The notes: a model not told the origin generated them from the sequence alone. A stretch of DNA of 64,000 bases from an uncultured Chloroflexia bacterium (GCA_963700285.1 CAVOXA010000014.1:160001-224000), one strand, 5' to 3'; numbered from the stretch's first letter, positions 21,950 through 32,499 are shown. Numbers and translations: made by a program.

Positions 21950-22144
21950 GTGTACTGCAGTATGCACATTCACACCTGAAGCCACGACTTGCTCGCGCGG
22001 ACCACAGTCCGCGCATTGGGACCTGGAGCCACGAGTCGTTCCACGCAGACGACAGTCTGCGCATTGGCACCTGGAGCCACGAGCTGCTATGCGCGGACCA
22101 CAGTCCGCGCAGTTGTGCCAGGAGCGCTGGACTGCGATCCAGCG
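21950..22144. repeat. About 3.5-4 copies of a 47-48-bp tandem repeat, each carrying a stem-loop
   Basis: The unit CAGTCYGCGCATTGGNACCTGGAGCCACGA recurs at 22005 and 22053, with degenerate copies at 21958 and 22101. Hairpins at 21995-22014, 22044-22061 and 22090-22111. Confidence 0.85.
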
Positions 22145-22212
22145 TGAGCCGAAATGGGATGGAGGATCATCCCAGAATAAAACGGAAAATCTGCAAAGGG
22201 AATGCTACAACC

Positions 22213-23148
22213 ATGACAATGACTCAGACTCTCAAAGCCTATGATCTCCTGGATAGCGCACTGGTTACAGGGTATTCGGTAGCAAACGTACTCCGGGAAC
22301 ACGGACTGCAGGTCGAGGTGGTCCCTATCACAGGCCCAAACGGCTCCACCCACTTTGTCCGTGCCTTTGTGTCCGGTACGGCCGGCAAGCGAGGCGGCGG
22401 ACCCGCCCCCACCCTGGGCATCATCGGCCGGTTGGGCGGGATCGGTGCGCGCCCCGCCGCCATTGGCCTGGTGTCGGACGGCGACGGCGCGGTCACGGCC
22501 ATCGCCTGCGCCCTCAAACTGGGCGATATGGCCGCCGCCGGCGACCGGCTGCCCGGCGATGTCATCGTGGCCACCCACATCTGCCCGACCGCACCGGTCA
22601 TGCCCCACGAACCTGTGCCTTTCATGGGCTCGCCTGTAGACATGGGCACCATGAACCGCCACGAGGTGCAGCCCGAGATGGACGCCATCCTTTCAGTGGA
22701 TACGACCCGCGGCAACACCCTCGTAAACCAGCGGGGCTTTGCCATCTCTCCAACCGTGAAGGAGGGCTACATCCTGAAGGTGAGCCCCGACTTGCTACGA
22801 ATTATGTCGACTGTCACCGGCCGTCCACCGGTCGTACTGCCCATCACGACCCAGGACATCACGCCCTATGGCAATGGCATCGATCACGTCAACAGCATCA
22901 TGCAGCCGGCCACGGCCACCGGCGCTCCCGTTGTCGGGGTGGCCCTGACGGCCGAAACCGCGGTGCCGGGCTGTGCCTCCGGGGCCAGCCAGCCGGTCGA
23001 CATCGAGGCGGCCACGCGCTTCTGCCTGGAGACAGCCAAAGGCTTTGGCCAGGGCGCCTGCAGTTTCTACGATCCAGAGGAGTTCGAGCGACTGGTCAGC
23101 CTCTATGGCTCGATGCAGCATCTGCAGACCCTGGGCAGCCCGCGATGA
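22213..23148 (+). CDS. DUF1177 family protein
   Basis: PTLGIIGRLGGIGARP, VSDGDGA, HEPVPFMGSPV, ILSVDTTRGN, QDITPYGNG, AVPGCASGA. Confidence 0.88.
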   Translation: MTMTQTLKAYDLLDSALVTGYSVANVLREHGLQVEVVPITGPNGSTHFVRAFVSGTAGKRGGGPAPTLGIIGRLGGIGARPAAIGLVSDGDGAVTAIACALKLGDMAAAGDRLPGDVIVATHICPTAPVMPHEPVPFMGSPVDMGTMNRHEVQPEMDAILSVDTTRGNTLVNQRGFAISPTVKEGYILKVSPDLLRIMSTVTGRPPVVLPITTQDITPYGNGIDHVNSIMQPATATGAPVVGVALTAETAVPGCASGASQPVDIEAATRFCLETAKGFGQGACSFYDPEEFERLVSLYGSMQHLQTLGSPR

Positions 23149-23255
23149 GTCCCTTGCGGGCCATTCCGGCTCCCGGCTATCAGGCAAGAATCCGTGTCCT
23201 GAGCCATAATCCAGCCCGGAAGAGCGCTCTGTTCCGTCAACGGCTGGAGTAGTTT

Positions 23256-23323
23256 GTCATTCTGAACGCAGTGAAGAATCTCACTTGCGCCCAGCCGAGA
23301 TCCTTCGCTTCGCTCAGGATGAC
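23256..23323. repeat. REP-like palindromic element (GTCATTCTGA...TCAGGATGAC type)
   Basis: GTCATTCTGAACGCAGTGAAGAATCTC pairs with GAGATCCTTCGCTTCGCTCAGGATGAC; the element is intergenic. Confidence 0.75.
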
Positions 23324-23467
23324 GTTATGTCTGGCTCAGGATCTCTTTCTCACGAAGAGGCACCCTGTACCATGGAACACTCAAAATGACGCATTCCCGA
23401 GGACCGAATTTCTTCCACATGGAGTGACCTGCCGGGCCATAGATCACCGGTAGTAGAAAGGATCACG

Positions 23468-26400
23468 ATGGCAAAACGCTTCATACCAATCACTCTGCTA
23501 CTGACGCTCCTTCTTCTGGCTGGCTGTGCCACAGCGGCGACGCCCAGCCCCGAGCCGTCGCCGACTCACCCACCACCGCCGACAGAGAGCCCCACCATTC
23601 TTCAGCAGGGTGCGCTGATCAGTGAAGTCCTGCCAGGTGTGGTCGGCACCAACAACAACCTGGAATTCATCGAGCTGTACAACGCCGGGACCGAAGCGCT
23701 GGATCTGAAGGGCTGGTCGCTGTGGTACCGCCTGGATGACAAGCAAGCGGAGCAACAGATCTACGCCTGGGACAGTCCGAGAGACGTGCCCGGCCATGGC
23801 CATTTTCTCATCGTACGCTCCGGGCAGGATGTGGGCAACCTTGGCGATGCCGAGTTTGACCTTTCACTCTATGAGAAGAGGGGAGGATTGGCGCTGCGCA
23901 ACGCTGAAGGCGAACCCGTGGACACGCTCGTTTGGGGTGCGGGCCCTTCCGATTATGTCACTGGCTCTCCTGCCGAGGCGCCCGCCTCGGGCGCGAGCCT
24001 GGAGAGACTGCCAGGGGGTTCCGCCGGCAACGGCGCCAGCACTGGGAATGATGCTGCTGACTTTGCCCTCAACGCAGTGCCGAGTCCCCAGAACAGTGGG
24101 GATCCCGTCAGCCCCCTGCCAGATCAGTATCTGATCATCGACTTGGTAGCGCCAGAAAGCATTGAACCCGGGAGCGAGATCAACTATGCCGTCGAGGTCC
24201 AGAACCTCACCGCTGGGCCGGTCCACGATGTTCGCGCCAGGATTCCCATTCCCCCTGGCTTTGAGGTTTTGTCGATGCCTGCTGGGGCAGGCAAAAGCGA
24301 GGGCTGGATCGAGTGGCCCATCCCCGAACTGGGCGCCGGCGCTACCCAAACCGGCAAGATCATACTTCAGAGTCCCTGGACCTATCTCCGTACCCTGGTC
24401 AGCGGCTATTATGTCCAGGCCGGCGATTGGGTAGACAGGGTCTACGGCCCGATCCGGCCGCTGGCCGTGGAGGGTGGGGCCATCCCCATTGGTACGGCTC
24501 GCGCGCTCACGGGCGAGACCGTTACCGTTGAAGGCGTGGCCAGTATGTACACCGGCGGCTTTTACGCAGGCAGCACCGGCACCAAGTTCTACATGGAGGA
24601 CGACTCGGGCGGAATCCAGGTCTATTGCCCCGGTGGCGCCGACCTGGTCAGCGTGGATGTGGGCGACCGGGTGCGGGTCACGGGCCTCATCGAGGCCTAT
24701 CGCGACTCTGTCGAGATCGTCCCCGCCGTATATCCGGACGACGTTGAGGTCGTCGAACAGGGAGGCAGCGAGCCGGTTCCCTTCCCGGCCACGCTGCCGC
24801 AGGCCAGCAGCGACGAATCCCTACTGGGCCGCCTCGTCGAGGTAGAGGGAACCGCGGGCCGTATCGAAGAGTTCAGCTACAGCTACGAAGTCGATCTGCT
24901 GGACCAGGAGGGCCATGCCCTCCTGGTCTACGTTGACAAGGAGACCGGCGTCACCACCGAGCCCATGGACGTGGGCAGCCTGTACCAGATCACTGGCGTT
25001 AGCGAGCTGTACAACGGTAGCTGGCAGCTCATGCCCCGTTTCCAGACCGATCTCGGCGAGATCTTTCCGCCAGAGCTGATGCTGGACATGGCAGCCAACA
25101 ACAGTGCCCTGCCCGGGGGAATCATCACCTATACCCTGACCGCCTTCAACCACACGCAGGCGCCTCTGACAGGCGTCCAGATTCAGGCTGTTCCACCGAC
25201 CGGCGGGGTAGCCATCTCCGGGATCCTGGATGGGGGCGAGCGAACAGATAACAGCATCATCTGGACCATTCCCGAGCTGGCCGCCGGGGGAGGGTCCGCG
25301 ACAGTCCAATTCCTGGTCAGCGTTGATGCGGACGCCAGCGGCCAGATCCAGGTCCCAGGGGCAGTGGTTACGGCCAGCGAATGGCCGGAACCGGTCCACA
25401 CTCATCCCACCCTGACCTTTGTCGGCAGCGGCGTACCCATCTGGGCCATCCAGGGCCCGGGCGTCGCTTCGCCCTACGCGCGCCAGGAGGCGACCACCGA
25501 AGGTATCGTCATCGGCGTCTTCCCGGGCCTGGGCGGGTTCTGGATCCAGGAAGAGGAGAGCGACGACGATCCGGCCACGTCTGCCGGCCTGTTCGTACTG
25601 ACCCAGGATCTGGAGACGCCGGTCGAGCTGGGCGACCTTGTCCGAGTCACCGGCAGGGTCCGGGAGCTGTCGGGCCAGACGATGCTTGACGTCTCTGACT
25701 CGGGTGATATGACCGTTCTGACAACGCGCAACCTGCTGCCGGCAGCCGTCGAGCTGGACCCGCCCCTGGACAAGGCGGAGTCACAAGTCTACTACGAAGC
25801 GCGGGAAGGCATGCTGGCCCAGGTCACGGCTCCGGCCGTGGCGGTGGGGCCGACGACCAAGTACGGCGAGACGGCGCTGGTTCGCAGCGACCGCGAGATC
25901 GAGCGGGTTATGCGCGGCGACCCAACCGGCATGTTGATCTTTTTCGACGACGGCTCGGAGGCCACCCACTTGGACGCCTCCACGCTGGCTTTTGGCCTGA
26001 GAACGGGCGATTTGCTCAGCGCCGTCGAAGGCCCGCTGGCCTACACCTTTGAGAACTACAAGATCGAGATCATCTCGCTGCCGGTCATCACGTCGACAGC
26101 CACGGCACTCCCCGCGCTGCAGCCTCCCGGCCCTGACCAATTCAGCATCGCCACCTTTAACGTGGAGAACCTGTTTGACGCCAACTCACCGCATCCCTCA
26201 GATCCGCCGATACCTAGCACGCGCCAGTACAAAGCGGACCTGGGCAAGACGGCGGAGGCCATCAAGGCCATGGGCTCGCCGACCATCGTCGCGCTGCAGG
26301 AGGTGGAAAACATTGGCGTCCTGGCCGACCTGGCCGAGCAGGAGGCCATCGCCCAGCTTGATTACCAGCCTTTCCTGCAGGAGGGTACCGACAGCCGGGG

Positions 26401-26971
26401 CATCGACGTTGCCTACCTGGTCCGCGGCGACCGGGCCACCGTCAAGGGGACGGCCAGCTACCCGGCGCCGGAAGGCCTGACCAGCCGGCCGCCGCTGGTC
26501 ATCACCACGACCCTACACCTGGAGACGGGGGATACCACGGTCTATGTCATCAACAACCACTTTACCTCCATGTCAGGCGGAGAGAAGCCGACCGAGCCCC
26601 GCCGGACGGCCCAGGCCGCGTGGAATGTTGACCTGGTGGAGAGGATCCTGCGCAGCGATCCGGCCGCCCGTGTCGTCATCCTGGGCGACCTGAACTCCTT
26701 CTACGACTCACCGCCGCTGAACGTTCTGCGCGAGGCAGGACTGCGGCACGTCTACGAATTCGTCGAGCCTGACCGGCCTTACTCTTATATCTACCAGGGC
26801 GAATCCGAAACCCTGGACCATATCCTGGTGACACCTTCGCTGTACGACCGCCTTGTACAAGTTGAGGCCCTTCACATCAACGCCGACTACCCTCTCCCGA
26901 CGCCGGGTGATGCATCCGCCCGCGGCTCGTCGGACCACGATCCGATCGTCGCCATGTTCTCGTCTGACTAG
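23468..26971 (+). CDS. Lipoprotein extracellular nuclease: lamin-tail domain, DUF11/Ig-like, OB folds and C-terminal EEP (ExeM/NucH-like) domain
   Basis: Lipobox LAGC. LISEV..EFIELYN (lamin-tail domain). GDRVRVTG and IWAIQG..SP (OB folds). ATFNVENLFD, LQEVEN, NNHF, GDLN, LDHILV and SDHDP (EEP catalytic motifs). Confidence 0.9.
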   Translation: MAKRFIPITLLLTLLLLAGCATAATPSPEPSPTHPPPPTESPTILQQGALISEVLPGVVGTNNNLEFIELYNAGTEALDLKGWSLWYRLDDKQAEQQIYAWDSPRDVPGHGHFLIVRSGQDVGNLGDAEFDLSLYEKRGGLALRNAEGEPVDTLVWGAGPSDYVTGSPAEAPASGASLERLPGGSAGNGASTGNDAADFALNAVPSPQNSGDPVSPLPDQYLIIDLVAPESIEPGSEINYAVEVQNLTAGPVHDVRARIPIPPGFEVLSMPAGAGKSEGWIEWPIPELGAGATQTGKIILQSPWTYLRTLVSGYYVQAGDWVDRVYGPIRPLAVEGGAIPIGTARALTGETVTVEGVASMYTGGFYAGSTGTKFYMEDDSGGIQVYCPGGADLVSVDVGDRVRVTGLIEAYRDSVEIVPAVYPDDVEVVEQGGSEPVPFPATLPQASSDESLLGRLVEVEGTAGRIEEFSYSYEVDLLDQEGHALLVYVDKETGVTTEPMDVGSLYQITGVSELYNGSWQLMPRFQTDLGEIFPPELMLDMAANNSALPGGIITYTLTAFNHTQAPLTGVQIQAVPPTGGVAISGILDGGERTDNSIIWTIPELAAGGGSATVQFLVSVDADASGQIQVPGAVVTASEWPEPVHTHPTLTFVGSGVPIWAIQGPGVASPYARQEATTEGIVIGVFPGLGGFWIQEEESDDDPATSAGLFVLTQDLETPVELGDLVRVTGRVRELSGQTMLDVSDSGDMTVLTTRNLLPAAVELDPPLDKAESQVYYEAREGMLAQVTAPAVAVGPTTKYGETALVRSDREIERVMRGDPTGMLIFFDDGSEATHLDASTLAFGLRTGDLLSAVEGPLAYTFENYKIEIISLPVITSTATALPALQPPGPDQFSIATFNVENLFDANSPHPSDPPIPSTRQYKADLGKTAEAIKAMGSPTIVALQEVENIGVLADLAEQEAIAQLDYQPFLQEGTDSRGIDVAYLVRGDRATVKGTASYPAPEGLTSRPPLVITTTLHLETGDTTVYVINNHFTSMSGGEKPTEPRRTAQAAWNVDLVERILRSDPAARVVILGDLNSFYDSPPLNVLREAGLRHVYEFVEPDRPYSYIYQGESETLDHILVTPSLYDRLVQVEALHINADYPLPTPGDASARGSSDHDPIVAMFSSD

Positions 26972-26975
26972 AACA

Positions 26976-27010
26976 AGACCTCGGAGGTTTTTCTCAACCT
27001 CTGAGGTCTG
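26976..27010. repeat. REP-like hairpin (same family as 19095)
   Basis: AGACCTCGGAGGTT-TTTCTC-AACCTCTGAGGTCT immediately after the nuclease stop codon. Confidence 0.7.
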
Positions 27011-27080
27011 GGAGGCACAGACTACGGGGGTGCCAAACCTCCGGTTCGTCGAACGCCTCTAACGTCCAGGAGGTACAACT

Positions 27081-27944
27081 GTGTCCAACGCCAACAGCTT
27101 TCGCGAGATCTATGCCCGGGTTGACGATGAAACGGCCCGCTCCCTCCAGGCGTTTCGCCGCGATCCACCGATCAAGCAGCTCTCTATCGATGGCGGCATC
27201 TGGGATTATGTCACTTTGGGACACGGCGACCAAACCATCCTGTTTCTGCACGGCATGGCGGGAGCCTACGATATCTGGTGGCGGGTCCTTGAGAGCCTCA
27301 AGCACCGCTATCAGGTCCTGTCCCTCACCTACCCGCCGGTCGAGGGACTGGAGGCTCTGGCCCGCGGGATCGAGGGCATTCTGGACCAGGAGGGGATCCG
27401 TAAAACAAACATCGTGGGCAGCTCGCTGGGCGGCTACCTGGCCCAGTACCTGGTAGCCAGGGTTTCCAACCGGATCAGGCGGGTGGTCTTTGCCAACACA
27501 TTCCCACCCAACGACGTCATCGCCGCCAACACCCGGCTGGCGGGCAGGTTCCTGCCCTTCCTGCCCGGCCCGCTGCTGATGTACGGCCTCAGGCAGAATA
27601 CAGAGAAGCGGCTCTACCCCGCGTCGGGCAATTCAGAGCTCCTGCGGGCCTATCTGCTGGAGCAGTATTCAGGGGCCATGAGCAAGGCCCAGTTCCTGGC
27701 CCGCTACCGCTGCGTGGTCGATCCTTTTGAGGCCCCCAATCCGGAGGAGCTGGGCATCCCAGTCCTGATCCTGGAGGCAGACAACGATCCACTGGTGGAA
27801 AAAGCCCTGCGCGACATGCTCAAGGAGACCTATCCTTCGGCGGTCGTGCACACTTTGCTCGGAGTGGGCCACTTTCCCTACTTGAACGTGCCTGGCGTCT
27901 ACACAGACCTGTTGAGAGGATTCTTTGCCGGCGAGTCGGGATGA
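27081..27944 (+). CDS. Alpha/beta hydrolase
   Basis: FLHG, nucleophile elbow GSSLGG, DNDPLV, GHFPY. Confidence 0.9.
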   Translation: MSNANSFREIYARVDDETARSLQAFRRDPPIKQLSIDGGIWDYVTLGHGDQTILFLHGMAGAYDIWWRVLESLKHRYQVLSLTYPPVEGLEALARGIEGILDQEGIRKTNIVGSSLGGYLAQYLVARVSNRIRRVVFANTFPPNDVIAANTRLAGRFLPFLPGPLLMYGLRQNTEKRLYPASGNSELLRAYLLEQYSGAMSKAQFLARYRCVVDPFEAPNPEELGIPVLILEADNDPLVEKALRDMLKETYPSAVVHTLLGVGHFPYLNVPGVYTDLLRGFFAGESG

Positions 27945-28010
27945 GCAGGGCGGCCCTGGCCATGACGCGCGTCGCGGCCGGCGGACAGGAGCAGGCGGCC
28001 GCTCCGGACC

Positions 28011-28439
28011 CTAAAACGACAGGGCGACTGTCCCCCCACGCTCCAGAACTGCTGGCCATAAGCGATTCCTACCCCGCCCCGTTGGGCAGCGCCTGGGGCC
28101 GCATACAAGTCCTGGGCGCCTGGCCAAGCCCCATGGCACGCCATCGTCCCTCAGGGCGCAGGACTGGGCATAACCGGCGCCTGCCTCGAGAAACACCCCG
28201 GGCGGCGGTGTCGCCTGCCCTTTGTCGTTGCGACCCCAGCATACAAGGCTGCCGTCGGCCTTGATGGCACAGGTGTGCTCGGTGCCCGCCGCAACCCTGC
28301 CGGTGATGGAGGCCAGGCTGGTCGCCTCGCCAACCGTGCGCGGGCCCCCTGCCCACGCGACCTGTGGCCGGAACATGACAAGGATGGCCACACCAGCCAG
28401 CATCAGGGACAGGAGGAAACCTGTCCGAAACAGGCTCAT
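28011..28439 (-). pseudogene. Truncated RCC1-repeat secreted protein fragment
   Basis: A signal peptide is followed by only about 1.5 RCC1-like repeats (VAAGTEHTCAIKADGSLVCWGRN..GQ) before similarity is lost. Confidence 0.55.
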
Positions 28440-28607
28440 ACCAAGATGTACACCGAATTGTGATTGGGGGTTACCGCGCTTGACTCCTGCCCCTCCGGAT
28501 CGGTGCGCTCAGCCTCCATCAGGGCTGGGGAGGCCGACGGTCCAGTACCGACCTCCCCACGGTGTTGCGGGTTCAGATCCGGCCGATCAACCGGTGGACC
28601 GATACCC

Positions 28608-29913
28608 TCAGCGCCGCAACAGAGGCAGGAAGGCCCGCGCATGGCCCACCAGACGCCCCCGGATCTCATAGTCAGGCCCCGGGCCATTCATCCTCGTAGG
28701 CCACCAGGCAGGGCCCGGAGGGAGCACAGGCCACTTCCGGGACCTTTTGGGCCAAAGCCGAGTTGTCGATGGGGAATTGGGTCCCCACGGGCGCATTCGA
28801 GATCGGGCTGACCACCCGGCCATAGACATCCCAGGCCGGATAGGCGCCGCCGATGTGCCGCCACGGGACCAGATAGCGCCCGCCGTCGCCAAAGGCCACC
28901 GCAGGCTCGACGCGCTTCATTCCGGTATCGTGGGCGATGTTGATGAAGGGCTCAAGCCCGCCATCGCCGCGAACCCGCCGGCCCCAGACGCTGTAAAGAC
29001 TCGCCCCATGATCCTCATTCCAGACAGCCATGTATTCGTCTGAGCCTCCGGCCAGGGCAACGCCATCCTGCGGCGGGAAACCGGTGGGGCTAAGGTAGAA
29101 CTCGGAACCCAGCCAACCCATGTTAAAGCTGGTCCGCCGCCCGACTATGTCGCCGCCCGCCGTGGGTGGGCCCTGGAAGGTATAGGCAATCAGATACTCG
29201 TTGCGCGCCCGGTTGTAGGCGACGTCGGGCAGCCGCCGCACCTGATTGGCTCCCCCAGCGATGTTTCGCCAGGTTTGCAGCGCGCCAGTGCTGGCACGGA
29301 CCCGCCGGGCCTCGATATCGCGCCGGGTGGGGCCGAGGTCCTTTTCGTATACCACCAGAAACTCATCCGCCTGGGCGCTGCAGGCCACAGCGGCATACCC
29401 GTCCTTGTCATAGTCAGGGTCGATCTGAACAAATGTCCCGGGCTCACCTGACCCTTTGAGCAGCTGGCCTTGGATGTCCGTGTCGGTGGCACTGAACTCG
29501 TAGGTCCACACCACCAGGTAGTTGCCGCTCTTGGGACAGTAGGCCACGTCGGGCCAAGTGTACCGCGCGTTCACCTTGTGCCCCACCGCAAAGGCCGGGT
29601 CCCTGAGCGATCCGTTGCCTGCCACCCGCCGGCCAAAGATGGCCACTTCGCCCCCGTGGATGTGCTGCTCCCAGACCACCAAGTACTCGTTGAGCCGCTC
29701 GTTGTAGGCCACCGACGGGTTCTGGTTTTCCAGCCCGTCAACCTGGATTTGGATAAAGTCACCCATCGGCGGGGCGGCAATCGCCGCTGGAACTCCGACT
29801 GCGGTCACGCTTTTGCCGTCTTCTCCAGGCTGGGCCAGTGCTCCCCCGCTGGCCACAAACAGAGCCACCAACAAACCCAATAACGTGCCCTTCAACCAGT
29901 GTGTGCTCATCAT
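28608..29913 (-). CDS. Secreted repeat (beta-propeller-like) protein with C-terminal FLPLLRR tail; frameshift near 28680
   Basis: Signal peptide, then repeated P.VAY..(E/N)YLVVW..DI.G.RV units. The C-terminus DYEIRGRLVGHARAFLPLLRR is in ORF 28608..28892. Confidence 0.75.
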
Positions 29914-30665
29914 GTTCCCTCCTCTCTCTACTTGTACTCTTGCTTTTGCCTTCGCAGGCTGACAGCCAGGCTGGCGCCGCACCGGCCCGGGTCTACCACT
30001 GAAGACCACTTGTCTGCGCCGCGCACCTCAGGCAGCCCGCCACCGTGCCGAACTCGGCCATCCAGAAGACACCGCCCCCAGGGTACGGCACTGTCGGCGG
30101 CAATGTCGCCCTGCGGTACATTGCACTGAACGGGAATGTGGGATGGGAGCCAACGGGCACCGTACGCCGGAGCTGTATGGTCTTTGACGCGGTGGCTGCC
30201 TTGACGGGCATAGATGGCCTGAGACCACCTGCAAGCCGTCAGCGCCTGGTTGCGGGGCAGATCGTTGGGCCAAGCCCACCCAATCTGTTGGCGGATGGTG
30301 GCCGGGCAGGGCAGCCGGCCGGTTGGCCAGTGCCTCATTCGGTCCATCTTGCGGATGCACAAACGGCTCACACTACCAACCTCCCTCTGCGAAAGCGCCG
30401 GGAGATGATCCAAGGAGACGTTCAGGCGCTGTTGGCCTGCAACATCTCTATCACAGTACCGTTGTCCCCGCTGCCCGGTGTGCGTGGTGTGTGCCTGCTC
30501 CGCAGACCACCCTGCGGGTCCGGGCGGGATCCGTGCTATATTGACTGGTGCGTCCCTATTGTAGCACAGGATCCAGTCCGGGGCAAGTCGCCCCGGCTGA
30601 GACCAGGCAGCAGAGACTGCGGAGGTCCGCTCTGCGCCTCACGCGCCGCCCGTGATCCGCGATCC

Positions 30666-31065
30666 CTACCTGTCCTCCTCCATGATCCGGATGGCGGCCT
30701 GGGCCAGATCCTGGCCGGCAATATCGGGGCGCGGCGAGAGCGAGCCGAAGACCATCCCGGGGCGGGCAACGAAAGCGGCGGCGCGTCCGGCCCCCATTGC
30801 GCCGGCCACGTCCCGGTCGCAGGCGGCGATGAGCCGCATGTCCCCCGTCCCCACGCCCAACTCCGCCGTCGCGTAGCGATAGAATTCGGCGGCAGGCTTG
30901 AACGCTGCACTGCATCGACGGAGAGAACTCGTTCGAAATCGCCGGCCAACCCGGCGTGGGCCCCAGTTGGGCCTCGGCCACCTCCAACGTCGAGTTGGTG
31001 AGGGTGGCCGCGCGGAAACCCGCGTCCTGCAAGCTCGCCAGGCTGGCGGGGGCCTCGGGATGGCG
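30666..31065 (-). pseudogene. C-terminal fragment of a type II haloacid dehalogenase (HAD)
   Basis: ATLTNS, FERVLSVDAV..FKPA..Y, LIAA..DVAGA..AG and FVARPG across frames. No N-terminal DxxGT half is visible. Confidence 0.65.
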
Positions 31066-31197
31066 GGTGTTTGGGTACTTGAACCACAGACACACGGGAA
31101 CACAGTGAAACCCATGGATTGGCTGGACGTGGTGCGCTCTGCGCCTCTGGCTGGGGCTGGTGCCGATTCCCGGTAGCGCTTGGCAGGCAGGCACGGC

Positions 31198-32256
31198 CTA
31201 TGCTTTGCTCAGATTGTATTTCATGATCCCGGCGTGCTTGCCTCCCTTGGTGCGCTCCAGGGCATAGACATCGCCCGCGGGGCCCCGCGCCTGGTCGGCA
31301 ACCTGATGGATGGCCGCCACGTCCTCGCCGTCCAGAGAAAAGTCAAAGAGGTGCAGGGTATCGGGCAGGTGGCCGGCGTGGCGCGCGCCGACGATAGCTG
31401 CGGCGACCCCGGGCTTTTGCAGGACGTAGCGCGTGGCCACGGCGGCGATACTGACCCCATGCTTACCGGCCACCTCGCGCAGCACAGCCAGCAGATGCTG
31501 GAACAGGCCCCAGCCACCAAACTCGTCGACGATGAGCATGTACTTGGTCAGGGAACGGTTCTCGAAGGGCGGCTCTGGTTGAGGCACGCCCAGATAGCGG
31601 TCCGAGAGAAGACCTCCGGCCAGGGAGCCATAGCAGAGTAGCGAGATGCCGTGCCGCGCACAAAAGTCAACCATAGCCGGTTCGGGGCGGCGGTCGAGGA
31701 CCGAGTACTGGACCTGGTTGGAGACCACTGGCACGCCAGCGTCCACGATCTGAGCGAGTCGAGGAACGTCAAAATTGGTCAGGCCAACCTGCTTGATCTT
31801 GCCCGCGCGCTGCAGGTCGTAGAGATATCCCGCGACCTGCACATAGCCGGGCACCTCATAGTCCCACCAGTGGAACTGGACGAGATCCAGCCGCTCAACA
31901 CCCAGGCGCCGCAGAGAGCGGTCGATGGCCCGCTCCACGCCATCCCTGCCCAGCGACGGCAGCGCGTCGAGATCGGGGACATACTTGGTGTGGACCTGCA
32001 CCGCGGGTAAGGCGCCCTGGCAAAAGCCGTCACGGTGCCGGCGCAGAAACTCACCGATGAGATCCTCGACCCCGGTATAGATGTCGGCGCAGTCAAAGGT
32101 CGTGATGCCAGCCTCCACATAGAGGCGCATGTCAGCGAGGGCCTGCTCACGCTGGACGCGGCCGTGGCCACCGGCGAGCTGCCAGCCGCCCTTGATGACG
32201 CGCGAGATGCTGTACTGGGGTGATAGCTGGGTTCGTTCCACGGTTGCTTGGCTCAT
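31198..32256 (-). CDS. Aldo/keto reductase
   Basis: GGWQL, FDCADIY, HTKYVP, SLRRLGVERLDLVQFH, GLTNFD, NQVQYS, LAGGLL. Confidence 0.93.
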   Translation of the reverse strand: MSQATVERTQLSPQYSISRVIKGGWQLAGGHGRVQREQALADMRLYVEAGITTFDCADIYTGVEDLIGEFLRRHRDGFCQGALPAVQVHTKYVPDLDALPSLGRDGVERAIDRSLRRLGVERLDLVQFHWWDYEVPGYVQVAGYLYDLQRAGKIKQVGLTNFDVPRLAQIVDAGVPVVSNQVQYSVLDRRPEPAMVDFCARHGISLLCYGSLAGGLLSDRYLGVPQPEPPFENRSLTKYMLIVDEFGGWGLFQHLLAVLREVAGKHGVSIAAVATRYVLQKPGVAAAIVGARHAGHLPDTLHLFDFSLDGEDVAAIHQVADQARGPAGDVYALERTKGGKHAGIMKYNLSKA

Positions 32257-32382
32257 GGTATCCGTCCCTGATCGAGAGAGATGCTAGCCACGAACTGCAC
32301 GAATTTCGCGAAAAAGGGCGAAAGGCTGGTTGATTATACCACAAGGGATGGGCGCGGTCCATGTACCACGGAAGGCAGAAAC

Positions 32383-32411
32383 TTGACGGGCCGGCGGAGT
32401 TGTGGTATAGT
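32383..32411 (+). promoter_or_regulatory. sigma70 promoter of tRNA-Asp
   Basis: TTGACG-17 bp-TATAGT with extended -10 TG, 12 bp before the tRNA. Confidence 0.8.
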
Positions 32412-32423
32412 TGGCCGCGTACT

Positions 32424-32499
32424 GGGGGCGTGGTGTAGTGGTTAACATGCCGGCCTGTCAAGCCGGAGATCGCGGGTTCAAATCCCGTCGCTCCCGCCA
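32424..32499 (+). tRNA. trnD: tRNA-Asp (GTC)
   Basis: Acceptor stem GGGGGCG/CGCTCCC, anticodon arm CCGGC-CTGTCAA-GCCGG, T-loop TTCAAAT, encoded CCA. Confidence 0.97.

Noticed and set aside
21950-22144. CRISPR array
   Set aside because: The inter-repeat segments are short and similar to each other rather than unique spacers, and there are no cas genes in the window.
30045-31001. 318-aa plus-strand ORF
   Set aside because: Pro/Arg/Gly-rich with no motifs, and it overlaps the HAD remnant on the other strand.
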